From the NCBI GenBank assembly GCA_964556655.1, contig CAZKWY010000001.1, positions 7,528-71,527 of the forward strand: a DNA stretch of 64,000 nt, written 5' to 3'. The notes below the pieces were generated by a model. The model was not told the origin of the DNA. It saw only the letters and a program-made list of their open reading frames with translations, and ran no database searches. The translations under genes were made by a program, and so were the position numbers. This DNA comes from an uncultured Candidatus Saccharibacteria bacterium. Its GTDB lineage: Bacteria > Patescibacteriota > Minisyncoccia > Portnoybacterales > UBA2143. Positions within the stretch are counted from its first letter, which is position 1. Each line of letters begins with the position of its first letter. This document shows positions 8,239 to 17,347 of the stretch, one piece after another.

Positions 8239-9126
8239 ATGAAAGATTTAATAATTATAGGAGCGGGGCCAGCAGGAATATGCGCAGGAGTATATGCCGA
8301 AAGGTATAAAATGAATTTTTTAATAATGGGAGAAAAGCCGGGAGGAACAGTAAATGAAGCGCATAAAGTAGAAAACTATTTAGGTTTTGGCTCTATTAAT
8401 GGGAAAGACCTAGCCGAAAGGTTCGCTAGCCACATAAAATCAGACATTGTCAATGAAAGAGCGGAAAGAATCTGCTCTCAAAAAGATTTCTTTGAAATAC
8501 AAACTAACCGAAACAAATATAAAGCGAAATCATTAATTATCAGCTTAGGCATGAAGTCAAAAAAGCTAGACCTAGAAAATGAAGCTAAATTTCTCAACCA
8601 AAGCATTTTTTATTATCTTCCTTCAAAGGCAAGTATTTTCAACCAAAAAGAAGCGGCTGTTGTCGGAGGAGGCGATAGCGCTTTAGACGCCGTTCTTAAA
8701 ATTTCTCTAGAAGCTAAAAAAGTCTATCTTATTCATAGAAGGAACGAGTTTAGAGGGTCGCCTGATCTTTTAGAAAAAGCGGAGCAAAAAGAAAATGTCA
8801 CCATCCTGCGAGAAAGGCGGGCTAAATCAGCGCGAGGAGGGAAAAAATTAGAAAAAATTATTCTTGACAATGGAAAAGAAATTAAGATAGATCTTCTTTT
8901 TGTCCAGATAGGAGGAGTGCCTAATGTTTCCCTGTGCGCAAACCTTAGCCTTGAGATGAAAGGAAGCTTTATTAAAACAGACAAAACCCAGTCTACAAAC
9001 AGAGATGGAGTATTCGCCGCTGGAGATATCACTAACAACCCATTAAAACAGATTATCACCGCCGCGGCTGAAGGCGCCATCGCGGCAACCAGCGCCTATC
9101 GCTTTATTAAAGGGACAAATAATTGA
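8239..9126 (+). CDS. Thioredoxin reductase-like FAD/NAD(P)H oxidoreductase lacking CxxC
   Basis: IIGAGPAG, VVGGGDSA, IHRRNEFR, GVFAAGDIT; real start is ATG 8239. Confidence 0.88.
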   Translation: MKDLIIIGAGPAGICAGVYAERYKMNFLIMGEKPGGTVNEAHKVENYLGFGSINGKDLAERFASHIKSDIVNERAERICSQKDFFEIQTNRNKYKAKSLIISLGMKSKKLDLENEAKFLNQSIFYYLPSKASIFNQKEAAVVGGGDSALDAVLKISLEAKKVYLIHRRNEFRGSPDLLEKAEQKENVTILRERRAKSARGGKKLEKIILDNGKEIKIDLLFVQIGGVPNVSLCANLSLEMKGSFIKTDKTQSTNRDGVFAAGDITNNPLKQIITAAAEGAIAATSAYRFIKGTNN

Positions 9127-9202
9127 CAATCTCTCTGAAAACATGATAAGCTTTTAATAAGGTAAGAAAAGAGTTATTTTGTCCGCCCGAAAGCGGACTT
9201 TT
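9123..9202 (+). promoter_or_regulatory. nusA promoter and leader terminator/attenuator
   Basis: TTGACA-N18-TAAGCT then GTCCGC-CCGAAA-GCGGAC-TTTT. Confidence 0.55.
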
Positions 9203-9271
9203 GTTTTAAAAGAAGCATTTTGTTATAATTTAAGATTCCTACTATTTTAAATAATTTCTCAAAATAAAATT

Positions 9272-10645
9272 ATGGAACAACAATCATTTGTCTCAGCCCT
9301 AGAACAAATTTGCGAGGAAAAAGGAATTTCCAAAGAAAAAGCCATAGAAACAGTGGAGCTAGCTTTAGCGGCGGCCTATAAAAAAGAATACGCGTGCAGA
9401 AATAAAAATATTCGAGTAAAACTAGACCCTAAAAGCGGCGAGATGAAAATTTATCAGATCAAGACAGTCGTTGACGAGTCAATGATTAAATCAGAAGAGG
9501 AAATTGCTCAAGAAAAAGAAGAAAAAGGGATAGATAGCGAGCCAGAAAATAAGCAAGAACAGGAAGACGACCTCCCAGAAGAAGAAAAAAAAGTAAGATT
9601 TAATCAAGAAAAGCATGTTATGGCAGACAAGATAAAAGAAGATGAAGACATTCCTAAGAAGAAAAAAGAGAAAGAATATCAAGTAGGAGAGGAGATAAAA
9701 ATCCCTCTTAAAATTACTCATGACTTCGGCCGCATTGCCGCCCAAACAGCCAAACAAGTTATTATCCAAAGGATAAGAGAGGCTGAAAGAGACGCAATTT
9801 TTGAAGAATATAAAGATAAAGAAGGTCAGATAGCCAGCGGCATTATCCAGCGGATAGAAGGCAATACCGTCTTTTTGGATATTGGCAAAGCCACGGGCGT
9901 CCTTTTTCCTGAAGAGCAAATCTCGCATGAAAGATACCGTCTCGGGCAAAGAATTAAAGTGTATCTTGCCGAAGTGCAAAAAGACTCGCGAGGTCCCACC
10001 ATTGCTCTTTCGCGATCTCATCCTCAAATGATCAGTCAGCTCTTTTATCTAGAAGTTCCAGAGATAGCAGCTGGATCAGTGGAGATCAAAGCTGTGGCGC
10101 GCGAAGCAGGCTCCCGTTCTAAAATAGCGGTCAGCTCAACAGAAGAGAAAATCGACCCCATTGGCTCAATGATCGGACAAAAAGGGACAAGAGTTCAAGC
10201 AGTCATTAACGAACTAAACGGAGAAAAAATAGATATTGTTGAGTGGTCAGAAAACCCTGTCCAATATATTACTAATGCTCTTTCTCCTGCCAAAGTAATT
10301 GACGTTAGAATGAAGAAAGAAAAGAAGGAAGCAGAGGTGGTTGTTCCAGAAGAACAACTCTCTCTAGCGATCGGGGTAAAAGGACAAAATGTTAGATTAG
10401 CCGCCAAGCTAACTGACTGGAAAATAGACATCAAGCCACAAGAAGAAAGTCCCAAAGAAAAGAAAGGGGAAAAGGGGAAAGAAGAGAAAAAAACAAAACT
10501 AAAAGGCAAAGAAGAAAAACCAGCTCAGACAGAAAAAAAAGAGAAAAAAACCTCCAAAAAGAAGGCAACAAAAAAAGAAACGGAGGGGGACAAGGAAGAA
10601 AAGCTAAAGAAAAAAAGTAAAAACATTGCGAAAAAAAATAAATAG
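9272..10645 (+). CDS. nusA: Transcription termination factor NusA with charged insert and Lys/Glu tail
   Basis: FGRIAAQTAKQVI, AREAGSRSKIAV, GQNVRLAAKLT. Confidence 0.97.
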   Translation: MEQQSFVSALEQICEEKGISKEKAIETVELALAAAYKKEYACRNKNIRVKLDPKSGEMKIYQIKTVVDESMIKSEEEIAQEKEEKGIDSEPENKQEQEDDLPEEEKKVRFNQEKHVMADKIKEDEDIPKKKKEKEYQVGEEIKIPLKITHDFGRIAAQTAKQVIIQRIREAERDAIFEEYKDKEGQIASGIIQRIEGNTVFLDIGKATGVLFPEEQISHERYRLGQRIKVYLAEVQKDSRGPTIALSRSHPQMISQLFYLEVPEIAAGSVEIKAVAREAGSRSKIAVSSTEEKIDPIGSMIGQKGTRVQAVINELNGEKIDIVEWSENPVQYITNALSPAKVIDVRMKKEKKEAEVVVPEEQLSLAIGVKGQNVRLAAKLTDWKIDIKPQEESPKEKKGEKGKEEKKTKLKGKEEKPAQTEKKEKKTSKKKATKKETEGDKEEKLKKKSKNIAKKNK

Positions 10646-10653
10646 AAAAAACA

Positions 10654-10687
10654 AAAAGAGGATGTCTTGCCAAGCATCCTCTTTTTG
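10654..10687 (+). terminator. Intrinsic terminator
   Basis: AAAAGAGGATG..CATCCTCTTTTT. Confidence 0.8.
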
Positions 10688-10928
10688 TTTGACAAAACAG
10701 GCCATCTCCTGATAAAATTAAGCGGTCATTAAAAGACATTAATAAAAATAAATGGCAAATTTCCCTTTGTTTATCTATTTATTGATCTAAAAAATCTATG
10801 AGAAAAGACCAAGCAAAACACATATTTTTTCAGACAGGCCAGTTTCTGCCTAATTTAGCTTTTCTTTTTTTTAATGTAAACGCACGCATTCAAAAGATAA
10901 CCATAAAGGAATTTACCAAAAGAGAAAT

Positions 10929-12461
10929 ATGGACAATCAACTTATTCTTATTGGAATTTTTTTCGCTACTCTTATTTTCGGCTCAACCTTGGGCTATTAT
11001 ACCAGGCAAACTATCGCCAAGAAACAAGCTGGGACAATTGAGGCAAAACTAAACAAGCTTATTGGCCAAGCCAAAGAAGAAGCCAAAGAAACTGTTTCAC
11101 GAGCCAAAGAAAAAGCCAATACTATCCTAGAAGAAATCAAGGAGCAAGAAAGAGAAAGACAAAGCCAGCTGACCAGAATGGAAGAAAGATTGCTTAAAAA
11201 AGAACAATTTGTCGATCAAAAAGGCAATCAAATAGAAAAAGAACAGCACCGACTTAAGGCCAAAATTCAAAAAGTAAAACAAATTAAGGACGAACTTTCC
11301 CAGGCCAGGCAAGAACAAACAGAAAAACTTGAAAAAATAGCTAATCTCAATCAAGATCAAGCCAAAGAAGAACTGCTTAAACTAGCCGAAGAAGACCACC
11401 AGCAAGTATTGGTGGAAAAAATCAAGAAGCTAGAACAGGAGGGGCAGGAAGAGTTAAATAAAAAGGCTCAAAGAATTATTGCTCTGGCTATGCAACGCTA
11501 CGCTGCCTCCCAAGCCAGCGAAACCACTTCTACGGCCGTTGACCTTCCCAACGAAGAACTCAAAGGGAGAATCATCGGCAAAGAAGGAAGAAATATCAAA
11601 GCGCTGGAAAAGTTTACTGGGGTAGAAATATTAGTAGACGACACTCCGGGAGCAATCATTATTTCCGGATTCGACCCGGTTAGAAGGCAAACAGCTAAGA
11701 TGGCTCTAGAAAAACTAATGGGCGACGGGAGGATCCAGCCAGCGCGCATTGAAGAAGCGGTAGAAAAAGCCACTGAGGAAATAGGGCAAAAAATTATTGA
11801 GGCAGGAGAAGCAGCCGTCTATGATGTGGGCCTTGCCGGAATCAACCCCCAGCTGGTTAAAACACTAGGACGCCTGAGGTTCAGAACCAGCTACGGCCAA
11901 AATGTTCTGCTTCATTCTGTAGAAACCGCCCATTTAGCAGGCGCCATCGCCTCTGAGCTTGGCGTTGATATTAATATAGCCAAAAAAGCCGGCCTTTTCC
12001 ATGATATTGGCAAGGCCGTTGACCATGAAGTCCAAGGCTCTCATGTAGAAATTGGCAGAAGAATTCTTCAAAAATTCGAAGTGGACGAAAAAGTTATTGA
12101 AGCTATGCAGGCACATCACGAAGAATACCCTTTTGACAGCTTGGAGTCTATCATCGTCCAAGTGGCTGACGCCATTTCCGGCGCCCGACCAGGAGCCAGA
12201 AAAGACACTCTGGAAGCTTATCTCAAAAGGCTGGAAGAGCTGGAAAGCATTGCCAACGCCTTCCCCGGAGTAGAGAAAACATACGCTGTGCAGGCAGGAA
12301 GAGAAATAAGGATTTTTGTAAAACCGGAAGAAATAGACGACCTCAAAGCCCATAAAATGGCCAGAGAAATTGCCTCTCAGATTCAGCAAGATCTTAAATA
12401 CCCCGGAGAAATTAAAGTTAATGTTATCAGAGAAACAAGAGCGATAGAATATGCCAGATAA
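10929..12461 (+). CDS. rny: Ribonuclease Y
   Basis: TM, coiled coil, KH (GRIIGKEGRNI), HD (FHDIGK), SGARPGAR. Confidence 0.97.
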   Translation: MDNQLILIGIFFATLIFGSTLGYYTRQTIAKKQAGTIEAKLNKLIGQAKEEAKETVSRAKEKANTILEEIKEQERERQSQLTRMEERLLKKEQFVDQKGNQIEKEQHRLKAKIQKVKQIKDELSQARQEQTEKLEKIANLNQDQAKEELLKLAEEDHQQVLVEKIKKLEQEGQEELNKKAQRIIALAMQRYAASQASETTSTAVDLPNEELKGRIIGKEGRNIKALEKFTGVEILVDDTPGAIIISGFDPVRRQTAKMALEKLMGDGRIQPARIEEAVEKATEEIGQKIIEAGEAAVYDVGLAGINPQLVKTLGRLRFRTSYGQNVLLHSVETAHLAGAIASELGVDINIAKKAGLFHDIGKAVDHEVQGSHVEIGRRILQKFEVDEKVIEAMQAHHEEYPFDSLESIIVQVADAISGARPGARKDTLEAYLKRLEELESIANAFPGVEKTYAVQAGREIRIFVKPEEIDDLKAHKMAREIASQIQQDLKYPGEIKVNVIRETRAIEYAR

Positions 12462-12481
12462 TCTTTAAAGAGCTAAAAACT

Positions 12482-13270
12482 ATGAAAATAATATTTTTTG
12501 GAGATATTGTCGGTCGCCCTGGGCGAGAAGCAGTCAAAAAAATTATCCCCCAATTAAAAAAGGCCTACCAGCCTGATTTTATTATCGGCAATGGAGAAAA
12601 CGTGGCCCATGGCTCGGGCATCACTGAAGCAACCATGAAAGAGCTTTTAGAAGCGGGCCTTGATCTGATTACCTTAGGCGACCACGCTTTGCGCAAAAAG
12701 GAAGCTTTTCGCCTCCTAGAAGACAAAGAAGCAAAAATCATTAGACCAGCTAATTTTCCTCCGCAAGCGCCAGGCAGAGGATGTCAAGTTATCAAAGTAA
12801 GGACCAAAAAAATTATGGTGGTAAATCTAATCGGGCGCGTTTTTATGAAACAAGATTACGACTGTCCTTTTAGAAAAGCAAACGAAATTCTCCAAGAACA
12901 GGAAGAAAGCCTTGATGGCATTGTTGTTGACTGGCACGCTGAAGCTACCTCGGAAAAAGTATGCTTAGGATGGCACCTAGACGGCCGCGTATCAGCTGTC
13001 CTAGGCACTCATACCCATGTCCAAACCGCTGATGCAAGAATTCTTCCCCAAGGCACAGCATATCTCTCTGACGTCGGCATGACGGGAGTCAAAGATTCCA
13101 GCCTGGGGCTAAACAAAGAAGAAGCGATAAAAAGGTTTATTACCCAAGCGCCGTCCAACATAAGCATGGCCAGCGGGCCATCAGAAGCAAGCGCCGTCTT
13201 GGTAGAAATAGGCCAGGATAAAAAAGCTAAAAAAATAAAGCCCCTTCAAGAAGCAGCTGCCAACGATTAA
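12482..13270 (+). CDS. ymdB: YmdB-like metallophosphoesterase
   Basis: GDIVGRPGR, HAEATSEK, GTHTHVQTAD; follows rny. Confidence 0.93.
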   Translation: MKIIFFGDIVGRPGREAVKKIIPQLKKAYQPDFIIGNGENVAHGSGITEATMKELLEAGLDLITLGDHALRKKEAFRLLEDKEAKIIRPANFPPQAPGRGCQVIKVRTKKIMVVNLIGRVFMKQDYDCPFRKANEILQEQEESLDGIVVDWHAEATSEKVCLGWHLDGRVSAVLGTHTHVQTADARILPQGTAYLSDVGMTGVKDSSLGLNKEEAIKRFITQAPSNISMASGPSEASAVLVEIGQDKKAKKIKPLQEAAAND

Positions 13271-13477
13271 CAATTAGCTGTTGATTAATTTTGTTGACTA
13301 ATAATAAAATTTAGTAAAAAATAGCTTAATAGCTTGCTCTGGCACAAAAAAACCTGTTAAAATAAACTGTTGTTGGCAAAAACAGCATAAAGGTCGAAAA
13401 ACAAAAATAAGCTTGCGAAATCTGTCCAAAAGAATAACTGTTATTCAAGATAGGATTCGTAAGCCATTAACGACATT

Positions 13478-13747
13478 ATGACTAAAGATGATTTAATTGA
13501 AGCAGTGGCTAAAGTATGCGACTCAAAAAAACAAGCCACTGACGCAGTTAACGCCATAACTGACGCAATTGCCAAGGCTCTCTCTAAAGGAGAAAAAGTT
13601 AGTTTGCCAGGATTTGGCACTTTCAGTATTTCGAAGAGAGCGGCTCGCACCGGCGTCAACCCAAGGACAGGCGAAAAAATTAAGATCGCGGCAACAAAAG
13701 TTCCTAAGTTCAAAGCAGGCAAGTCTTTGAAAGACGCGGTCAAATAG
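13478..13747 (+). CDS. hup: DNA-binding protein HU
   Basis: GFGTF..RAARTGVNPRTGE..PKFKAGKSLK. Confidence 0.97.
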   Translation: MTKDDLIEAVAKVCDSKKQATDAVNAITDAIAKALSKGEKVSLPGFGTFSISKRAARTGVNPRTGEKIKIAATKVPKFKAGKSLKDAVK

Positions 13748-13778
13748 ATAAACTTTTCAAGACATTGAAAGTCCAACG

Positions 13779-13808
13779 AAAAAAGGCGCTTTTTACGCGC
13801 CTTTTTTA
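13779..13808. terminator. Bidirectional terminator between HU and convergent tRNAs
   Basis: AAAAAAGGCGC..GCGCCTTTTTT. Confidence 0.8.
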
Positions 13809-13843
13809 ATATGCCCTAGGATGCATTGGCTTAGGCAAAAATG

Positions 13844-13914
13844 AGCGGGTAGGGGGAGTCGAACCCCCGTCATCAGGTTGGAAACCTGAGGTAATACCGT
13901 TATACAATACCCGC
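13844..13914 (-). tRNA. tRNA-Gly(TCC)
   Basis: GCGGGTA..TCAGG-TTTCCAA-CCTGA..GGTTCGACTCC. Confidence 0.95.
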
Positions 13915-13931
13915 TTATATTAAGATTGCTG

Positions 13932-14004
13932 TCGGGGATACCAGACTCGAACTGGTAACCTCCTGCTCCCAAAGCAGGCGCGCTAGCCATTGCGCCAATC
14001 CCCG
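13932..14004 (-). tRNA. tRNA-Pro(TGG)
   Basis: CGGGGATTGGCGCAATGG..CCTGC-TTTGGGA-GCAGG..GTTCGAGTC. Confidence 0.95.
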
Positions 14005-14131
14005 TTTCTACACTAAATTAACCGGCTTTCTCTAGCCAGCTTTTTATCTTAATCCAGAAAAAGCACCAAGTCAATCATCCCCAGCCGCCACTAGAACAGT
14101 TTTCGCACTTATGATATAATATTGATTGATT

Positions 14132-15115
14132 ATGATAAAAGAAATTTGCGAAAATATTAATTTCTTCAAACAATGCCGCAAATATAATATCGGACTCTGG
14201 CAGTGTCCGACTTTCCTTTTTCTTATCACTGGAATAGTGACTATCTCTGCTATCATCACGACCTACTTTATTGGGACAAAATACGCTAACCCGGAAATAG
14301 TTGTTTTAATTGTCATTGGCATGTCAATTATTCTTCTAGTGGTTAGTTATCTCATTATTCATGGCTTCGAAAGACTGGCTGAGGCCAACCGCATGAAGTC
14401 AGAGTTCGTCAGCGTCGCCTCCCACCAGCTAAGAACTCCTCTCACTTCTGTAAAATGGGCCCTTAACATCATCGACCAACGAAAAGACAAACACCATCTT
14501 GATGGCCAAGAAATAAGCTTTCTAAAAGACGTGGAAAAAGGCAACCAGCGCATGATTGATCTAGTCAATGATCTCTTAAACGTTTCCCGCATTGAGCAGG
14601 GAAGATTGTTTTTTAATCCTAAAAAAACTTCTTTTGTTAAAATAGTTCAACAAAAAGTAGATGAATATCGACCCATCGCTAAAGCTAAAAACATTAAATT
14701 AACCTTAAAGATAGAAGACCTCCAAGAAATCCCTTTGCTTTTTGTTGATCCGCAAAGCATTAAATTGGCCGTTAATAATCTTATTGACAATGCCGTTAAA
14801 TATAGCCGTGAAAAAGGAGAGATATTGGTTCGGCTAGAAAAAGACAAAAAATGTTTGAGATTTTCCGTTAGAGACCACGGAGTGGGCATCCCAAAAACAG
14901 AGCAAAAAAAGATTTTTGATAAATTCTTCCGCAGCCAAAATATTTTAAAATACCAGACTGAAGGCACGGGATTGGGGCTTTTTATCGCCAAGGCAGCCGT
15001 GGAAAGCTACGGCGGAAAAATGAATTTTAAAAGCCAGGAAGGCAAAGGATCGCTTTTCTGGTTTGCCGTACCAATTAAACAGCCTAATAAAGAGGCCGTA
15101 ACCGAGATAGAATAA
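14132..15115 (+). CDS. Membrane sensor histidine kinase
   Basis: 2 TM helices, ASHQLRTPL, NAVKY, GTGLGL. Confidence 0.93.
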   Translation: MIKEICENINFFKQCRKYNIGLWQCPTFLFLITGIVTISAIITTYFIGTKYANPEIVVLIVIGMSIILLVVSYLIIHGFERLAEANRMKSEFVSVASHQLRTPLTSVKWALNIIDQRKDKHHLDGQEISFLKDVEKGNQRMIDLVNDLLNVSRIEQGRLFFNPKKTSFVKIVQQKVDEYRPIAKAKNIKLTLKIEDLQEIPLLFVDPQSIKLAVNNLIDNAVKYSREKGEILVRLEKDKKCLRFSVRDHGVGIPKTEQKKIFDKFFRSQNILKYQTEGTGLGLFIAKAAVESYGGKMNFKSQEGKGSLFWFAVPIKQPNKEAVTEIE

Positions 15116-15155
15116 TGGCTATCTCCGGAAATGTCTCTTTCTAGCGTTTTGCTAT

Positions 15156-15530
15156 ATGAAAACAATATTGTTTATTGAAGACGAACCAACTCTACAAAAA
15201 ACAGCTGGACGTTTTTTAGAGGAAGAAGGATACGAAATAAGAAGCGCCCTTGACGGAGAGGCCGGTCTTGCTCTAGCTAAAAAAATAAAGCCGGACTTGA
15301 TCCTGCTAGATTTAATCCTACCAAAAAAAGACGGCTTTGAGGTACTTGAAGAACTCAAGACAGACTCCTCTACCAAAGAAATTCCTGTTATTGTCTTAAC
15401 TAACCTCGAAGGTAGCCACGATGTAGAAAGAGCTCTTTCTTTGGGCGCGACTACCTATTTAGTCAAGGCTAATTACAAATTGAACGAAATTTCAAAAAAG
15501 ATTAAAAAAGCCTTTGAAAGCAAGAAGTAA
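15156..15530 (+). CDS. Single-domain response regulator
   Basis: IEDE..LLDLILP..YLVK. Confidence 0.93.
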   Translation: MKTILFIEDEPTLQKTAGRFLEEEGYEIRSALDGEAGLALAKKIKPDLILLDLILPKKDGFEVLEELKTDSSTKEIPVIVLTNLEGSHDVERALSLGATTYLVKANYKLNEISKKIKKAFESKK

Positions 15531-15568
15531 AAACGCCTTACTAAATGTTTTTATTGCCGCTTTAATAT

Positions 15569-17320
15569 ATGAAGGTGGATAATTCCCAATTAAAAGCTTT
15601 CATTCTTGACGCAGAGCTAGTTAAAAAAGAAGACCTGGAAAAAGCTGATCAGAAAGCAAAAAAAGAGAAAAAAAGCCTGGGAGATATCTTAGTCCAACAA
15701 AAACTCCTTACTCAAGAACAGCTTATTAAGCTCAAAGCCTATATCCTAGGCATTCCTTTTGTAAACTTGGAAGAAGCCAATATCGACCAAGATGTTTTAA
15801 GAATTATCCCAGAACCGATTGCCAGGCGTCATAACATCATCGCTTTTCGTAAAAACGGACGCGATCTAGAAGTGGCGATGCTTGACCCCAGAGACCTTCA
15901 GACGATTGAGTTTATCAAAAAGAAGTCAAGCTTAGAAATTCTTCCCCGCCTAACTACCCCGGAAAGCATTAAAAATATCCTCAAGCAGTATCAAAAAAGT
16001 CTAGAAGCGGAATTTGGCGAGCTTATTAAACAAGAGTCTGAAATGGTCTCTCTCCCTGAAGAAGCCACCGAAAAAGAAAGCAAAGAAGACCTGGAAAAAG
16101 CAGCCGAACAAATGCCAATTATTAAAATTGTTGATACTCTTTTAAAGCATGCTATTCTCCAGCAGGCCTCGGACATTCACATTGAGCCAACAGAGAAAGA
16201 AGTTGTCGTCAGATATCGCATTGACGGCATTCTGCGCGATGCTATGACTCTGCCCAAAAAAGTTCATTCCGGCATTGTCGCGCGCATCAAAGTCCTTTCC
16301 AATTTAAAATTAGATGAACACCGCCTTCCCCAAGACGGAAGGTTTAAAATAGAAACGCCTGATTATAAAATCTCTTTCCGCGTTTCCATTCTGCCTGTCT
16401 ACGACGGAGAAAAAATAGTTATGAGGCTGCTTTCTGAAGACAATAAAGGCCTCACCTTAGAAACTCTCGGCTTGGCCGGCAAAGCGCTGGAAAAAGTCCA
16501 CCAAAACATCGCCCGTCCCAATGGCATGATTCTAGCAACCGGCCCAACAGGATCCGGAAAGACAACCACCCTCTACACTATTTTAGATATTCTCAATCAG
16601 CCAGAGGTTAACATCTCCACTGTTGAAGACCCCATTGAATACCGTATGCCACGCATCAATCAGACTCAAGTAAGACCGAAAATAGGGTTGACTTTTGCTA
16701 ATGGCCTGCGCGCTCTTGTCAGGCAAGACCCCGACATCATTATGGTAGGCGAGATTAGAGACAACGAAACAGCTGGCTTAGCTGTCAATGCCGCTTTAAC
16801 CGGTCATTTAGTTTTATCTACCCTCCATACCAACAGCGCTTCCGGCGCTTTTCCACGATTAATCGACATGAAAGCGGAGCCGTTTCTCATCACCTCTACT
16901 GTTAACGTGATCATCGCCCAAAGGCTGGTCAGAAAGCTTTGCTCAGAAACCAGAAAGGCTTATCATTTAAGCGAAAAAGACTTAAAGAATTTTTCTGAAC
17001 AAGTTGACTTAGAAAAACTATTAACTACTATGAAAAACGAAAAAATTGTCGGTCCCAAGGACACTTGGGAAACAATTAATTTTTTCCGGCCTCAAAAATC
17101 CGAAGACTGTCCTGACGGATACAAAGGACGCTTGGGTATTTATGAAGTGCTAGAAATAAGCGAAAAGATAAGAGAAATGATCGTTAAAGAAGCTAATACC
17201 GACCAGATAGAAAAGCAAGCGAAAGAAGATGGCATGCTCACTCTTATTGAAGACGGCATCATTAAAGCCGCCCAAGGGCTAACCAGCATTGAAGAAGTCC
17301 TGCGCGCTACCCAGGAATAA
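15569..17320 (+). CDS. pilB: Type IV pilus assembly ATPase PilB/GspE
   Basis: ASDIHIEP, GPTGSGKTTT, RQDPDIIMVGEIRD, TGHLVLSTLH. Confidence 0.93.
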   Translation: MKVDNSQLKAFILDAELVKKEDLEKADQKAKKEKKSLGDILVQQKLLTQEQLIKLKAYILGIPFVNLEEANIDQDVLRIIPEPIARRHNIIAFRKNGRDLEVAMLDPRDLQTIEFIKKKSSLEILPRLTTPESIKNILKQYQKSLEAEFGELIKQESEMVSLPEEATEKESKEDLEKAAEQMPIIKIVDTLLKHAILQQASDIHIEPTEKEVVVRYRIDGILRDAMTLPKKVHSGIVARIKVLSNLKLDEHRLPQDGRFKIETPDYKISFRVSILPVYDGEKIVMRLLSEDNKGLTLETLGLAGKALEKVHQNIARPNGMILATGPTGSGKTTTLYTILDILNQPEVNISTVEDPIEYRMPRINQTQVRPKIGLTFANGLRALVRQDPDIIMVGEIRDNETAGLAVNAALTGHLVLSTLHTNSASGAFPRLIDMKAEPFLITSTVNVIIAQRLVRKLCSETRKAYHLSEKDLKNFSEQVDLEKLLTTMKNEKIVGPKDTWETINFFRPQKSEDCPDGYKGRLGIYEVLEISEKIREMIVKEANTDQIEKQAKEDGMLTLIEDGIIKAAQGLTSIEEVLRATQE

Positions 17321-17347
17321 GCCCAACACAGGCGCATTTTTTAAACT

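Noticed and set aside
10440-10645. Lys/Glu-rich NusA tail as a repeat element
   Set aside because: Low-complexity protein tail with no exact nucleotide repeat unit
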